Assembly: GCF_001194135.2 (NCBI RefSeq)
Contig: NC_069004.1
Coordinates: 20,802,003-20,846,145, forward strand
Source of the DNA: Octopus bimaculoides
Lineage: Eukaryota
Length of the DNA stretch: 44,143 bases
Direction of reading: 5' to 3'
In this document: positions 24,290 to 37,400 of the stretch, in pieces
How positions within the stretch are numbered: position 1 is the stretch's first letter
Layout of the letters: each line of letters starts with the position of its first letter
Position numbers and translations under genes: made by a program
The notes under the pieces: generated by a model
Told to the model about the DNA's origin: nothing
Seen by the model: the letters and a program-made list of their open reading frames with translations, nothing else
Database searches by the model: none

Positions 24290-24545
24290 TATCATTTTGC
24301 AATATATCTATGTAAGAAATATCACTATGAATACCACTTGTAAGGTGGCAAGCTGGTAGAATCTCTAGCAAGTCAGACAAAATGCTAAGTGGCATTTCTT
24401 CCAGCTCTTTACATACTGGGTTCAAATTCTGCTGAGGTCGAATTTACCTTTCATCATTTCAGGGTCAATAAAATAAGTACCAGTTGAACAGTGGGGTCAA
24501 TGTAATTAACTTACCCCAACCAAAAAATTGCTAGTCTTGTGCCAT
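24290..24545 (+). mobile_element. (ATT)n-family tRNA-type SINE
   Basis: aaggtggcaagctggtagaat head, GGTTCAAATTC B-box and the cttgtgcc 3' end. Confidence 0.7.
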
Positions 24546-25070
24546 GAAGGACAATGATATCTCTTACAGTTAGGATAAGTTAGTATATATTTTGCAAATA
24601 GCTATCATAGTGCTGTTAACATTTAGGACTGAAAAACATATTGAATTCTCAAATACCATCTTTTTCCTGTTACAACAGTTATTTTTGACTTACATAAAAC
24701 TTAACTTTCATTTCGGGGTAATTAGTAGAATGATTAATTAACACTTTTGAGACCATGTTTCAAATTAAATACATACAATATGTCTCAATTAAAATCATAA
24801 ACTTGGATGAATTTAGTAAAATGAATTTGTCATTTATTCAGTTGGTATTTAGAACATAACTTTTTAAAGTTATGTTAAGTTACAAAAAAAAATATAGTTG
24901 GAAGTAACAAAAATTATGATCAGAGGTTTTATTTTAAATGTGAACACTTCTGTGAAAATATTTCTTCTATAACTATCAATGTTATGAATATTGTATATTG
25001 TAAATATTTCATCTATATGCAAATATTCATGCATATGCTTTGTATGTTTTCATATGATTAGATATATTAA

Positions 25071-25289
25071 TCCTTTAGCATTCAAATTACTCTGTCAAAT
25101 TTAATGTTTATTTATTTGCCTTGTTTTGAATTAATCATGCATCATCTCATTGCATTGACATTTTAATAGTACTATTGTTTAGTTTTTGAATGACATTGTA
25201 GGGTAGGTGTGACAAGCCTGATATGACCAGTTTGAACTTAAAACAGTAAAATTTTGGGGCCAGATATGGCCAGTTTAAATGCTAAAGGG
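25071..25289. mobile_element. piggyBac-type MITE
   Basis: TTAA|tcctttagcatt ... aatgctaaaggg|TTAA: 12-bp TIR with one mismatch and TTAA TSD. Confidence 0.85.
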
Positions 25290-26529
25290 TTAAAAGTGGA
25301 TTGCTAGTTCTATAGGCAGTGTGGCCCCTGATAGTTAATGGAGATTACTGGATGTAAAGGGTTACATGGGAATACCACAATATTTTGTTAAACTGTATGT
25401 AACACGAGTCAACGACAGCATCCAAGATAGGATATGAATTGGTTCTGAGTAATCCTGACCTGTTTGAGGCATGGCTAAGAAATTTTGCAGCTAGTATTAG
25501 AATAAAACAATTGAAAGATAGAACAAGGTGGTCTGAAAAAGAAAACAAATTTATTTTTATAAAGGACACATAATGAAGCTTTACTGAAGTTGTTACTTAT
25601 GGTCTATTGAAGACAACTGGAGGACAGTTTTGAATGAAAACCTAGTGTGATCTTAGGTGGGTTGGTATCAAGAGGATGAGTTAAGAAATTTGTTGTGTTG
25701 GAATATCAAGAGGATTTCTGAACTGACACATATGTGCATACAAACACACATACATATACACACACATGCACACATGATTTACAAAAGTTGGAAATAAATA
25801 GCAAATGGATCTTGAATTTATTTTTTAAAGTCTCATCCATTTTTTGTTGTTGTTGTTGTTGTTGTTGATGTCATTGTTTAGCAGATGTTCAAAAGTGTTC
25901 CAATCATGACTGTCCTGCTTTTTCAAACGTAATCATACAGGGGCTACATCCATCCAATGTATCTTTACCATTTTTAATATGGTATGGTATGACAGGTTTG
26001 GTTCCTACTTTTAGCACAGTATCTTTCTACCAAATTTCACCCACAAGATCCTGCTTGATCTAAAGTTATGGTAGGAGACACTTCAAGCATCACACATTGG
26101 GATCAAACCCAGAATAACATCTTGGATTGTAAGGTAAATTCATTCATTCTTTTTTTTTTCCATTTATTTGGATCCTTATTTTTTTGTCAACAGTTTTTAC
26201 AAATCAATCAAGACTCAGTGATTTCTGGCATCAAATTGTTCATGAAAAATGAGGATTAAAATAAATGGAAGAAAAAAAGAAAAATGAATTTATCTGCCAA
26301 CCCAATGGTTTTGAAATAAATTTCTTAACCACACTGCCATGTTTGAATAAAGGAAAACAGAAAAACAATTTTTTTGTTTAAAAAATCAAAATCATGGTAG
26401 CTATGAATCACTATAGAGAAATTTACGATAATCTTGTACAGTTGTTCTATATTTTGTTTATAATTTTACCTAATTTCTTACATTTTATCTTTTTTTCCTT
26501 TTCCTTTTTGCTTTGTGTTTCTCTTTTAG

Positions 26530-26622
26530 CAAAATGTCAGAAAATGTGCAGTTTTCGGACACCAGAGAACTCTACTGAAAACCTCTATGAAAAACTTCCT
26601 GCCAATGTGCCTGAAATAGAGA
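26530..26622 (+). CDS. SLC20A1: SLC20 cytoplasmic-loop exon (93 bp, phase 1-1)
   Basis: Long pyrimidine tract, ctcttttag|CA...GAGA|gtgagc. Open in the phase required by the previous exon: (A)KCQKMCSFRTPENSTENLYEKLPANVPEIE. Confidence 0.8.
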
Positions 26623-27057
26623 GTGAGCGCCCACCTCTCCTCCTCCTCTTCCTCCTCCCTCTGCTTAATTTAGATAACAAATTTAGTTGTCCCATTTCCA
26701 TTAATTTCCTTTTCTTTTCAAAACTTTATATAACAGACGCAAATATATACACACTGGTAGTCTCCTGGTTCTGTTCTTACAACTACCTGTTAGTTAGAAC
26801 AGTTTCATATAGTTTGTATCTAGTATCAAATATACAAATAGTATATATTAGCAAATAGTAAATATTTGACCTAAAACAATATAAACATTCTAAAACAGTA
26901 ATGATAATGAAGATGATAATGACAATGAAATTAGGTAAGTTGACAAATTTATACAACAGCAGCCAAGTCTCCCTAGCTTTTAACTAAACACTCTGTAATC
27001 TAAATCACTGAGATCATTTGTGTGTATGTATGAATTAGATATATAAAGACTTTACAT

Positions 27058-30000
27058 CATCATCATTTAACATCCATTGTCCATACTAACATGGGTTGGA
27101 CAGTTTGATCAGGGCTGGTAAACTGGAGAGCTGCACCAGACTCCAGTCTGATTTGGCATGGTTTTCTATGGCTGGATGCCCTTCCTAATGCCAACCACTC
27201 TGAGAGTGTAATGGATGCTTTTATGTGCCACCGGCACAGGCGCCATTTGCATGACACTGGCATCTGCCACAACTGCAATTTTGTTCAGTTTGATGGGTCT
27301 TCTTCTCAAGCATAACATAATGTCAAAGGTGTCGATCATTGCTTCATGAAGCCCAACACTCAAAAGGAACTCAGCCACCTTCCCTCTGTGAAGCCCAATG
27401 CTTGAAAAGAACTCAGCCACTTTGCCTCTGGGAGGCCCAATGTTCTAACAGTACTCTACATGTCACTGGCATGCATGAGTGCCAGTTATGTGACACCAAC
27501 ATCAGCCATGACTACAATTTCTCTTGGCTTGATGGGTCTTCTCAAGCACAGTAGATTACCAAAGGTCTCGCTTCACTAGTCATTGCCTCTGTGAGGCTCA
27601 AAGTTCAAAGATCATGCTTCATCACCTTGTCCCATGTCTTCATGAGTCTACCTCTATGACAGGTTCCCTCCACAGTTAGAGATCGGTACTTCTTTACACA
27701 GCTGTCCTTGTCTATATGCATCACATCACCATACCAGTGCAGTCGTCTCTCTTGCACACCACATCTGATACCTCTTATGCCTAACTTTTCTCTCAAGATG
27801 CTTACACTCTGTCGAACATGCACAATAACATTATTCATTCACTGAAGCATACTGGCTTCATTACTTTCAAGACTACGCATGTCCTTGGCTGTCACAGCCC
27901 ATGTTTCACTGCCATGCAGCATGGCTGTTTGTACACATGCATCATACAGTCTGCCTTTCACTCTGAGTGAGAGGTCCTTTGTTGCCAGCAGAGATAGGAG
28001 CTCTCTGAACTTTGCCCAGTCTAATTTTATTCTCAGAGCTATGCTCTTGGAACAACCACCTCCACTACTAACCTGGTCGCCTAGATACCAGAAGCTATCT
28101 ACTACCTCTAGCTTGCCCTACTGGCAGTTGATGGAGTCTATTTTCAGCATTTATTGTACCTGTGCATCTTCCACATGCAAAAGCTAGTTTCCCTATTAAC
28201 AATCCTCTGATATTTCTTCACCTTTTATGTGTCTAAAGCTTACACCAAGTGCATATTTTAGAGTTTCTATCTATGCCTTTTCTACAGATTGAGCAGGGCC
28301 ATCTACCTGAATGGATTTGTGATTTGTTTTTCTTCCTACTTATAAGACTTTGGTTTTTGCTAAGGTCCTTCGATTCTAGACTTTGCTTCCATACCTGGAA
28401 CTTCTCTGGTTTTTGTAGTGATTCAGCTATAAGAGCAAGGTCATCAGCATAGAGGAGCTCCCACAAGCAGCCTGTCTTAAATTCCTCTGTTATTGCCTGG
28501 AGGATTATGATGAACAAGAGGGGGCTGAGCACTGATCCTTTGGTGAACCCCTACTTGTATGCTGAATTCTTCACTGTACTCATTGCCAACTCTCACCTTA
28601 CTGGTAGCATCCCTGTACATAGGTTGTACAGCTCTCACTAACCACTCGTCTATTCCTAGTTTCCACATTGATCACCAGAGAAGGGATTGGGGGACCCTGT
28701 CAAAGGCTTTCTCCAAGTCAACAAAGGCCAAGTACAGAGGTTTATCTTTGACTATGTATTTATCCTGCAGCTGTCTTACCAGAAATATAGCATCAGTGGT
28801 GCTTCTGCTAGACACAAAACCAAACTGCATCTCATCTAGGCTAACTCTCTCCCTAATTAGTTGGGCTATGACTCTCCATAACTTTCATCACCCGATCCAA
28901 CAATTTGATACCTATCTAAGGCATTACCATTACCTTTGTAGCAGTTAACTAAGGTGCTGCTACACCAGCCATTGGGTATGACTTCTTCGTGAACCACCTG
29001 ATTTACGATACAGGAGACTAGACCATAACCCACACCACCATTTCAGCAATGATCCTGATCGACCAGGGGATTGCCCTGTCTTCATTTCTTTAATTGCTTT
29101 ATCTACCAAGGTAGCCGATCCCTCAATTGGGTTAACATTTGGCAGGCTCTCCTCCTCCCATTCATTCTCCAGGTTCAGCAGTCTTTCATAATGGCATTTC
29201 CAAGTCATTAAAAGCAAGTGTGCCATCATCTATGTGGGCATTTCTCTCCTGTGACATCACAATTTTCTCTCACATGCTGTCTTATAATCAGAGACACTTC
29301 GATTCTTTGATCCTAATGTCACTGAACGTAAATAAACTTCTTTTCTGCTTCTCCCTTGGCTAGTTATACCTGTTTCTTAGCTTCCCTTTTGGCCATTTGA
29401 TACAGTTTCTTGCTACCCCCACTCTTCCAGTCCTTCCAAACCTGTTTCATTGCTCTAATGACCCAATCTACTGCATTATTTCACCACCACGTCACCTCAG
29501 TCTAATTGGGCCTTTGTACCACCCACAGATTTGGTCCATGGGACTTAGCAAGCTGTTCCACAGGAATTCCCAGTTGCCCTCTATGTCACAAGTTTTTAGC
29601 TCCTTTCTCTCATTAAATTTCTCAGTTAGGATGTCCCTAAATCTCTGAGCACATAAATGGTCTTTAAGCTTCCAAATCCTCCTTTTCCAGATTGTTCTGC
29701 TTCTTTGCATCCTTCTGGCATGGAGTCTAAAATCACTAATGACTAATCTATGGGGATACATTCTTCACCAGGGAGGTTCTTTGTATTTAAGAGCAACCAT
29801 GCATCCCGCTGCCTGGTGAGAATAATTGATCTGGCTAGTGTAGCCATCTGATTGGTAAGTTATCAGGTTACAGATCAAAAGGTTATTCGCAACACAGAAC
29901 TCCAGTAGCCTTGATCCCTCTTTGTTTTGGGAGCTAATTCCATGGCTCACATACATCATAGAAAATACCTGGGTGCCATCTGACATGCACATTGCGGTCC

Positions 30001-30590
30001 CCAGCCACGAAGATGAGATCCTTGTCATTTGTCTTACAGGTAGTCTGCAGAAGAATATCATAAAAGTTGTCCTCCTGTTCATTTGATAGGCCTGCTTGTG
30101 GATCATAGGCAGGGATAATAGATGCTATGCTATTCTGCAAGACTAGCCTGAGCTTAAGCACTCTAACACTCACTCTTACTACCTCTATGACCTTATCCAC
30201 CCATTTCTCTGCAAGAAGTATACCCACACCACCTACCCCGTCACTGTTACCTTCCCTGAAGATTTTATATCTATGTGTCTTGCCTGTGTGGAACCTTGCG
30301 TCCCTTTCCTAGTTCTCTTGGATGCAGCATGCATCAACATGCCTCCATTCAAGCAGCTCAACAATCTCGCTAGACCTATATTTCAATGTGCCTACATTGA
30401 AAATGCCAATCCTGAGAACTAGGAAAGGGACGCAAGAACATGGGCAGGAAAGATGGTCTTGGACACCTGAAAAGAAGGTTTCAGTGATCATTTGGTAACA
30501 GACATGTCTCATCAGTTGGTCTCGCTTTAACCTACCATCATTCAAACATGTTAAAATTGTTGCCCCTATTGGTAGTGAATAGTGTTGTAA
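27058..30590 (-). mobile_element. Near-full-length (~3.5 kb) degenerate RTE-clade LINE
   Basis: 5' UTR, APE (IFNVGTLK, CCIQE, SIIPAYDPQ), RT (DLEKAFD, GVHQ..LSPLLF, ELLYADD), C-terminus KTWDKVMKHDL, 3' UTR and (CAT)n at 27058. Many stops and frameshifts. Confidence 0.92.
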
Positions 30591-30881
30591 ATATAAATAA
30601 GTCAATGTATAAATTAATTAATTATATAAATGATCTGCTGTTGGTTAGTCCATTATATATAGGGAGAAAGAGGTAGGTGGTTTGTTAATTTACTAATAAT
30701 TTCCTAAGTATCATCTAACCTTTTGGTACATGCATTAGTGTGGGCGATTGTTGGTAGCAGAAAGAGGGACGAAGGTATGCAAGTCTTCTGGCACAGAAGC
30801 GAGGTAGAGCTCTGTAGGGGTTTCTGGTATTAAGAATAGGTGGTGGGGGCAGGAATGTGTGGGCACATCATGGACATGCAA

Positions 30882-31790
30882 TGGCCAGTTTACTATCGTT
30901 GGGGAGAGAAACATGGCAACAGCATGAGACATGAATAAAACAAGAATGCATACAAATTTTAGAGAACAATTGCAAAAACATAAAACAGGGATGGAGAACT
31001 AAGGGTTTAGGGAATTACGGTTTGAAGGTTATTTGAAGAATTAAATAGTTACAGATTACAATAGTACATGTTAGAATTATGGGTTAGAGTGAATGAATGA
31101 ATGAATGAATGAGATGATTAAAAAGCGAGAGAAAAATTCTTAGCTGTGCATATCACGAAACAACAGTGAATTATGCAGCGTGAAAGTCTAAGAAAACATG
31201 TGCTAAAGATCCTTTACAAGAACCACAGCTGGTAGTGATCAAATAAGATGGCCAGTTTTGCTACAGGAAATAAAAATAGCAGCAGTTAGTCATTCTGAAA
31301 AGAGAACTATGGCCAGATTACTTTTGTTGGGGAGAGAAACATGGCAACAGTGAGAGACATAAGAAAATAAGAATGCTTACAAATTTTAGAGAACAATGGC
31401 AAAATTTTATGAAGTAGGGACTAGTGGCATGAAGGTCTAAGAAAATATGTGCTACAGATCACAGACAAGCAATGGCCAGGTTACTATCATTGGGCAGAGA
31501 AACATGGCAACAGTAAGAGACCTGAGTAAAACAAGAATGCATACAAATTTCAGAGAATAGTGGCAAAAACATTATGAAACAGGGACAGAGAACTAAGACT
31601 TTAGGGAATCACGGTTTGAAGGTTATTTGAAGAATCAAATAGTTACAGGTTATGATAATACATGTTAGTATTATGGGTTAGAGTGAATGAATGAATGAGA
31701 CGATTAAAAGATGAAAGAAAAATTCTTAGCATATCGCAAAACAACAGTGAATCAAGCGACGGGAAAGTCTAAGAAAACATGCGCTATGTA
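30882..31790. repeat. Unclassified tandem repeat, three diverged units (~428, ~163, ~320 bp)
   Basis: Unit starts tggccag.ttact.t..ttggg.agagaaacatggcaacag at 30882, 31310 and 31473. Confidence 0.85.
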
Positions 31791-32922
31791 ATATATGCAA
31801 TACACATATTTGTATGACTGATTTCTCCAGCAAACACATATATGGTTTGTGTATGGCCAAGACACTTAAAATATCTAAAGGCTCAGTCCACCTGACTGAC
31901 ACTATGGAGGCAACTCATCATCAGTAGTATTGAAGCTTGTTGGTGATGTCAGCCTTGACTGAGCAGGCCTATATAATCAAACACATTCCTGTGTTTGATT
32001 ATATAGGCCAATTCTTTTTGTACCCCACCCCACTTGTCATGCTTGGACATAAGTATTGGTTTGTTTATGTCCCCATAACTGGGAAGTTCAGCAAAAGAGA
32101 CTAATACACCACCTTGAAAGTTTTAGTCACACAAATCACCCTCAGCACTTTTTTTTTTTTACAAGTTAGTAATTATTCTATTGGTCTCTTTTGCCAAACC
32201 ACTAAGTTACAAGAATGTAAACAAATCAGTACCTTTTGTCAAACAATGGTGGGTGACAAAACACAAGCATAAAGACACACACACATGCATGAATAGATGT
32301 GTGTTTATGTGTGCTGTGCAGTGGGACTTAACCCAAAACCACATGGTTGCAAAATGAGCTTTTTAACCATACCACTGTGCCTTGTGCTTATGGTGTATAA
32401 TAACAAAGGGAGAATACAATCAGTATTACCTCCTTTTAGGGGGATGGACAAACAGTGATAGAGACATGCTGCTGATTATATTAATAGTTTCCCAATATCT
32501 ATTCGAAAAGAAAATTTTTTGTCAGTTTTTCATACCTTGTATTTCTAGACTTTGAAAGGCAAAAAGACACTGCAGGAGAGTCTCTCTGTTTATTTATTTT
32601 GTTTTGTTTTGTTTTGGTTTTTTATTTTTCTTATCGATTTTTCTTCTTCACACTCAAGAGTCTAACAGCAGTTGAGAAGAAACCTAGTTTAACACCTGTT
32701 ATTACCAATAATGCATAAAATAATCCTAAGTCCTAGTTATTATTGGTAGTGTAAGATTGATATAATAATAATAAAAATAATAGTAATGTGGTGCATGTGT
32801 AAGAAATTGCCTGTTTATGTTTGCATGATTTTGTTTAATTTTTATGGGGTTAGGTGAGAAGTATGCTAATTTTTGTGTTTTTCAACATCTATACATCTAT
32901 AAATGTGAAAAGTAGACTGCAA

Positions 32923-32924
<2 letters not shown>

Positions 32925-32993
<69 letters not shown>
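32925..32993. repeat. (CTA)n microsatellite
   Basis: Direct reading; this is the source of the poly-Tyr ORF. Confidence 0.95.
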
Positions 32994-32995
<2 letters not shown>

Positions 32996-33454
32996 TACTA
33001 ATCACTTACAGTCCCAATTTTTATTTTTTTGTTTCTGATCTGTAATGAAACTATATTTCTTTTAAAATTATATTAGTTTGTATTTTTTACTTTGTTTATA
33101 TTAACTTTTTTTTGTTTTCTTTTCTGTTGTTATTGATTTTCATGATATGTTATTTATATCTAGCAATGATACCCGGTGTTACTCAAGTGTTGAATCAGTA
33201 AAAAAAACTTGTTCTTTTATTTTATTAAATGATTCATTTTGTTTTTTAATATGAATCTCTTATTATTTTCTTCATCATCTTATTCCATCCATTTTCTCCA
33301 CCCACTATTCTTGAGAGGGTTATGTGGGTAGAGTCCTCAGATACCTGCTCTATAGAGTTCCACCAGAAGCAACCATCATTAGTCTCTCTGGCTGGATTCC
33401 TAAGTGTGACCAACTGAGACTATGAATATTATCCAACTGCCAAGAGATGTAATA

Positions 33455-33680
33455 ACTGGAAGAAACGTTAGAATACCGGGCGAAATGCTTATCTGTGTTT
33501 TGTCTGCCGTTACGTTCTGAGTTCAAATTCCACCGAGGTCGACTTTGCCTTTCATCCTTTCAGGGTCGATAAATTAAGTACCAGTTACGCACTGGGTCGA
33601 TGTAATCGGCTTAATCCCTTTGTCTGTCCTTGTTTGTCCTCTCTATGTTTAGCCCCTTGTGGGCAATAAAGAAATAAGAG
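33455..33680 (+). mobile_element. tRNA-type SINE, young-looking
   Basis: gttagaataccgggcgaaatgctta..GAGTTCAAATTC..gtcgactttgcctttcatcc with CpGs retained. Confidence 0.75.
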
Positions 33681-34992
33681 GTTTATCTCTAGGACTCCCA
33701 TTAGTTGACTTGACTTGAAAAATTTTCTTGCATTTTTTTTCCTGTGACATTCTAATCACATGCCCAACCTGGGGAAATTCCCTGATCTCCAAGCTATGCA
33801 CCCTCTTATGTAATATTCTCCAGAGATTCTTCTGAAGAACCCCGTTTCTGCCACTTCTATTTTCTCTTGTACACTTTTAGTCATTACTCAACATTATTAT
33901 ATGCTTAATTAAGGTGTCAAATTGAGAGAGTCATTAAAGCATTAGATGAAATGCCTTGCAGTATTTATTCCAGCATTTTGTGTTGTGAGTTCAAATCACA
34001 CTGGAGTCAATTTTGTTTTTCACCCTTCTGGAGTTGATAAATAAAGTACAGCAATGGACTGGCTGAAATGTTAGGGGCAGATAGTATGCCTTGAGTGTTT
34101 ATTGTGACTCCTTGCATTCTGAGTTCAAATACTGACTTAATCTATCATAGTATAGCTCTGTAATCAGTCAGTTGGACTGAGCCTTTAGATATTTTAAGTG
34201 TCTTAGCCATACACAAACCATATATGTGTTTGCTGGAGAAATCAGTCATACAAATATGTGTATTGCATATATTATACAGCACATGTTAGACTTTCACGTT
34301 GCTTGATTCACTTTTGTTTTGTGATATGCTAAGAATTTTTCTCTCGTCTTTTAATCACCTCATTCATTCATCTAACCTCGTAATACTAACATGTACTATC
34401 GTAACCTGTAACTATTTAATTCTTCAATATTACACAACAGGGTGCATAGCTTGGAGATCAGGGAGTTTCCCCAGGTTTGACATGTGATTAGAAGGTCACA
34501 GGAAAAAATGCAAGACAAGTTCTTCAAGTCAAGCCAACTGATAGGAGACTTAGAAGTAAGCCTCTTGGTCAACCATTACATCTCCTAGCAGTTCATACTC
34601 TCAGTTGGTCACACTTAGGAATCCAGCCAGAGAAACTAATGATAGTTGCTTCTGGTGGGACTCTATAGAACCTTTAGCAGAGTCCACTCTGTTGCAAGCA
34701 TTTAGGCCAGGTCTCCAGTTTGAGGAGACCTAGCATGTCTTAGAAACCTGATACAGATTCATGGACACTGCTTTACTCCTCTGATTAAAAAATTAAAAGA
34801 AAAACTCAGAATAATCAAGAATCTAAAGAGTGATTCACTAAAATAAATTTTGTCATTAATCTGGTGTTTTAGAACATAGGAGGATTTTACATAAAATTCT
34901 GATCAAGTGTTGTCAGAATTAGCCATAGTCTCGGTTAGGTTGGTATGAAAACAGTTAAGCCAAGTAGAACAATTCTGTATAGTGAGACTAAA

Positions 34993-35404
34993 CTCTCCTC
35001 TCACCTAACAAAACCAGATATTATATGCACACACACATTACCACGGTTTCCTTAGAGTGACTCAGGCACAAAACGTGTAACTTTTGTCAGCAACATATAT
35101 GAAGTGATGTGGAGTGAAGAGAATGAAAATAACTTTTTACACCGGAAACAAATTACATAGCTGATTCAACACTAATGTCTCTCCCAAGTGTTCATTTTCT
35201 TCTTCAGTTTCACTATCCACCTCTATTATTTAGATTTCTACTTTGCTTAGCTTGAGTATGACATGACATGCTGTGTCATTATGAAGTTTGCTTTGCAATC
35301 CTGTACTTCTGCATTCAATCACACTGCCTTCCACTTTGGACAAGGTATTTTCTAGCCTAGAAAACAGGTTCAAAGGAAAAAAGACCACATGTGGTGTAAT
35401 TAAG
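34993..35404 (+). repeat. Copy 1 of a near-identical inverted duplication
   Basis: Reverse complement of 43481-43882. Confidence 0.95.
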
Positions 35405-35779
35405 CGTAAAGTAAAAAGAAACAAAGAAAATGCACACTAGGTATGAATGTAATGGATTTTTTTAAAAACAAATATATGTACAAACAAATGACTTGAAGTT
35501 ATATTAAGATGTATAAAAATCATTATAAAAAATCATAACAATTTCGCTATAGGTGGTCACTGACTGTGAATTAACACAGGTTGTCAAGCAGTGTTGGGTA
35601 TAAACATATACCTAAGTGAAAAAAAACTGGATGCAAGGGAAGTAAACAGTTTTGGAAGGGATGTAATTAATGTAAATACAATTACTAGAATTTAAAGTAG
35701 TATTTGAGATATATAAGGATCAGTGAGGTTATTTATATTAGTAAGGTTAGTAGTGTCCTATATTGAGTTATGTGTTCAT

Positions 35780-36110
35780 GTTAAGTTGTGGTTGATCTTT
35801 ATCAATAAAAGTTGCTCTTTATTTAATCTTTGCTGCACTAGGGTGTCCTAGGAACATTGATAAAAAGGAAAGATAAGGAAGTTTGGTTTGAGGTTCCTAT
35901 ACCTATGTGTTCACTAACCTATATCTGTCTATATTGTTCTTTATGATGTGTTGTTCTTCGTCTGAGGGACATTCGTGTTTGGCCAATATAGTGGTTTCTG
36001 CAACCTAAGCAGGTAATAACATAGATTAAGTTTTCAGAGGCACAAGTGAAATTTGACTTTATCTTAAATACTTTACCTTGTTTGAAGTGAAATTCTGAAC
36101 CCTCAAACAA
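35780..36110 (-). mobile_element. Penelope GIY-YIG endonuclease fragment
   Basis: EGSEFHFKQGKVFKIKSNFTCASENLIYVITCLGCRNHYIGQT..RTTHH..IDKDQPQLN. Confidence 0.88.
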
Positions 36111-36118
36111 GGTAAATG

Positions 36119-36259
36119 AAATGAGGTGCCATATTTTTGTTGTGATACTTAGTATATTTTAAGTTCTAAATAGCCCATTATAAGATTGCAATCCTTGTAA
36201 TGGGTTATTTAGAACTTAAAATATACTAAATATCACAACAAAAATATGGCACCTCATTT
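36119..36259. repeat. 141-bp near-perfect palindrome
   Basis: aaatgaggtgcc..ttataag-attgcaatc-cttgtaa..ggcacctcattt, with three mismatches and one bulge. Confidence 0.95.
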
Positions 36260-37040
36260 TATTGCTATTTAAAGGAGAACTGAAAAAGGTACCTGGATGA
36301 TTGTTTTATACTTTAGAATGGTAGTATGGGAAAATTCCTCAATTTCAAAATAATGATCAACAATATCAATAGCAACATACAATTCACCATGGAACACAGC
36401 AATAAACAACTACCTTTACTTGACATCCTAATTAAAATAGTCAATAACCACAATGAATGGACATCTTTTATAAACCCACAGATTCAAGACAATTATTCAA
36501 CTCATGCCACTCCAAACACATAAAAATTAATATACCTTATAATCTAATGAAAAGAATTTGTACCATAGTTTTGAATACCAATACCCGTGAACTAAGACTT
36601 CATGAACTTAAATTAAAACTAACCAGGAGACATTATCCCACATCATTAATAGACGGTGAGATTAAACAAGCAAGGAAAATCAACATACACACATTAAGGA
36701 AAGTGAACCGAAATGTCACACCAGATTTAAAAGTACCTCCCTACATCTCCACACATAACCCAAGAAACAATGAGGCATTCAGCATCATCCAAAATCTACC
36801 CATTCTCACTAGAGATAAAACAACAAATGAAATTTTGGTCTCACACAAATTTATCAAAAAAAAATACAACTGAAATCGTTGAAAAAACTATTAACTGGCG
36901 TAAAACTATATCCCTTAACAATGAAACCAGAAGTGGAGAAATGCAGGCGTCCCAACTATGGCACATACCCCCACCTTATGGAGGGTTCAGAATTTCACTT
37001 CAAACAAGGTAAAATATTTAAGATAAAGTCAAATCATACA
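36185..37040 (+). mobile_element. Penelope RT C-terminal half + linker
   Basis: IAILVMGYLE..EN*KRYLDDCFIL (YLDD motif), FTME..LPLLD, DIFYKPTD, CHSKH..IPY, ending MEGSEFHFKQGKIFKIKSN. Confidence 0.88.
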
Positions 37041-37079
37041 CACCCAAATGTATGTATATATGTGTTTATATATGCATAC

Positions 37080-37400
37080 ATATCATTATTGGATGTCAAT
37101 TCTCCATGCTGGCATGGGTTGGACAGTTTGGCAGGAGCTGGCCGGCTGGAGAGTTACCTGGACTTCAGTTGTCTGTTTTGGCATGGTTTCTATGGCTGGA
37201 TGCCCTTCCTAATGCCAACCACTTTATGGTGTGTACTGGGTGCTTTAAAGATGGCAATGACACGGGTGCTTTTACAGGGCATTGGCATGGTAGCTTTTAT
37301 CTGCCCAGTCCTGTAGTTGAAAATTTGCCCGAGGTGCTGCACAGTGGGATTGAACCCAAGACTAAACGGTTGAGAAGCAAGTCTTTTAACCACACAGCTA
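37080..37400 (-). mobile_element. RTE 3' end fused to a SINE head fragment
   Basis: ccatgctggcatgggttggacag..ggatgcccttcctaatgccaacc, then gtgggattgaacccaagac. Confidence 0.7.

Noticed and set aside
26394-26858. 154-aa ORF as a complete gene
   Set aside because: Only the 93-bp spliced part is supported; the rest is pyrimidine tract and intron.
32854-33045. Poly-Tyr ORF
   Set aside because: (CTA)n microsatellite.
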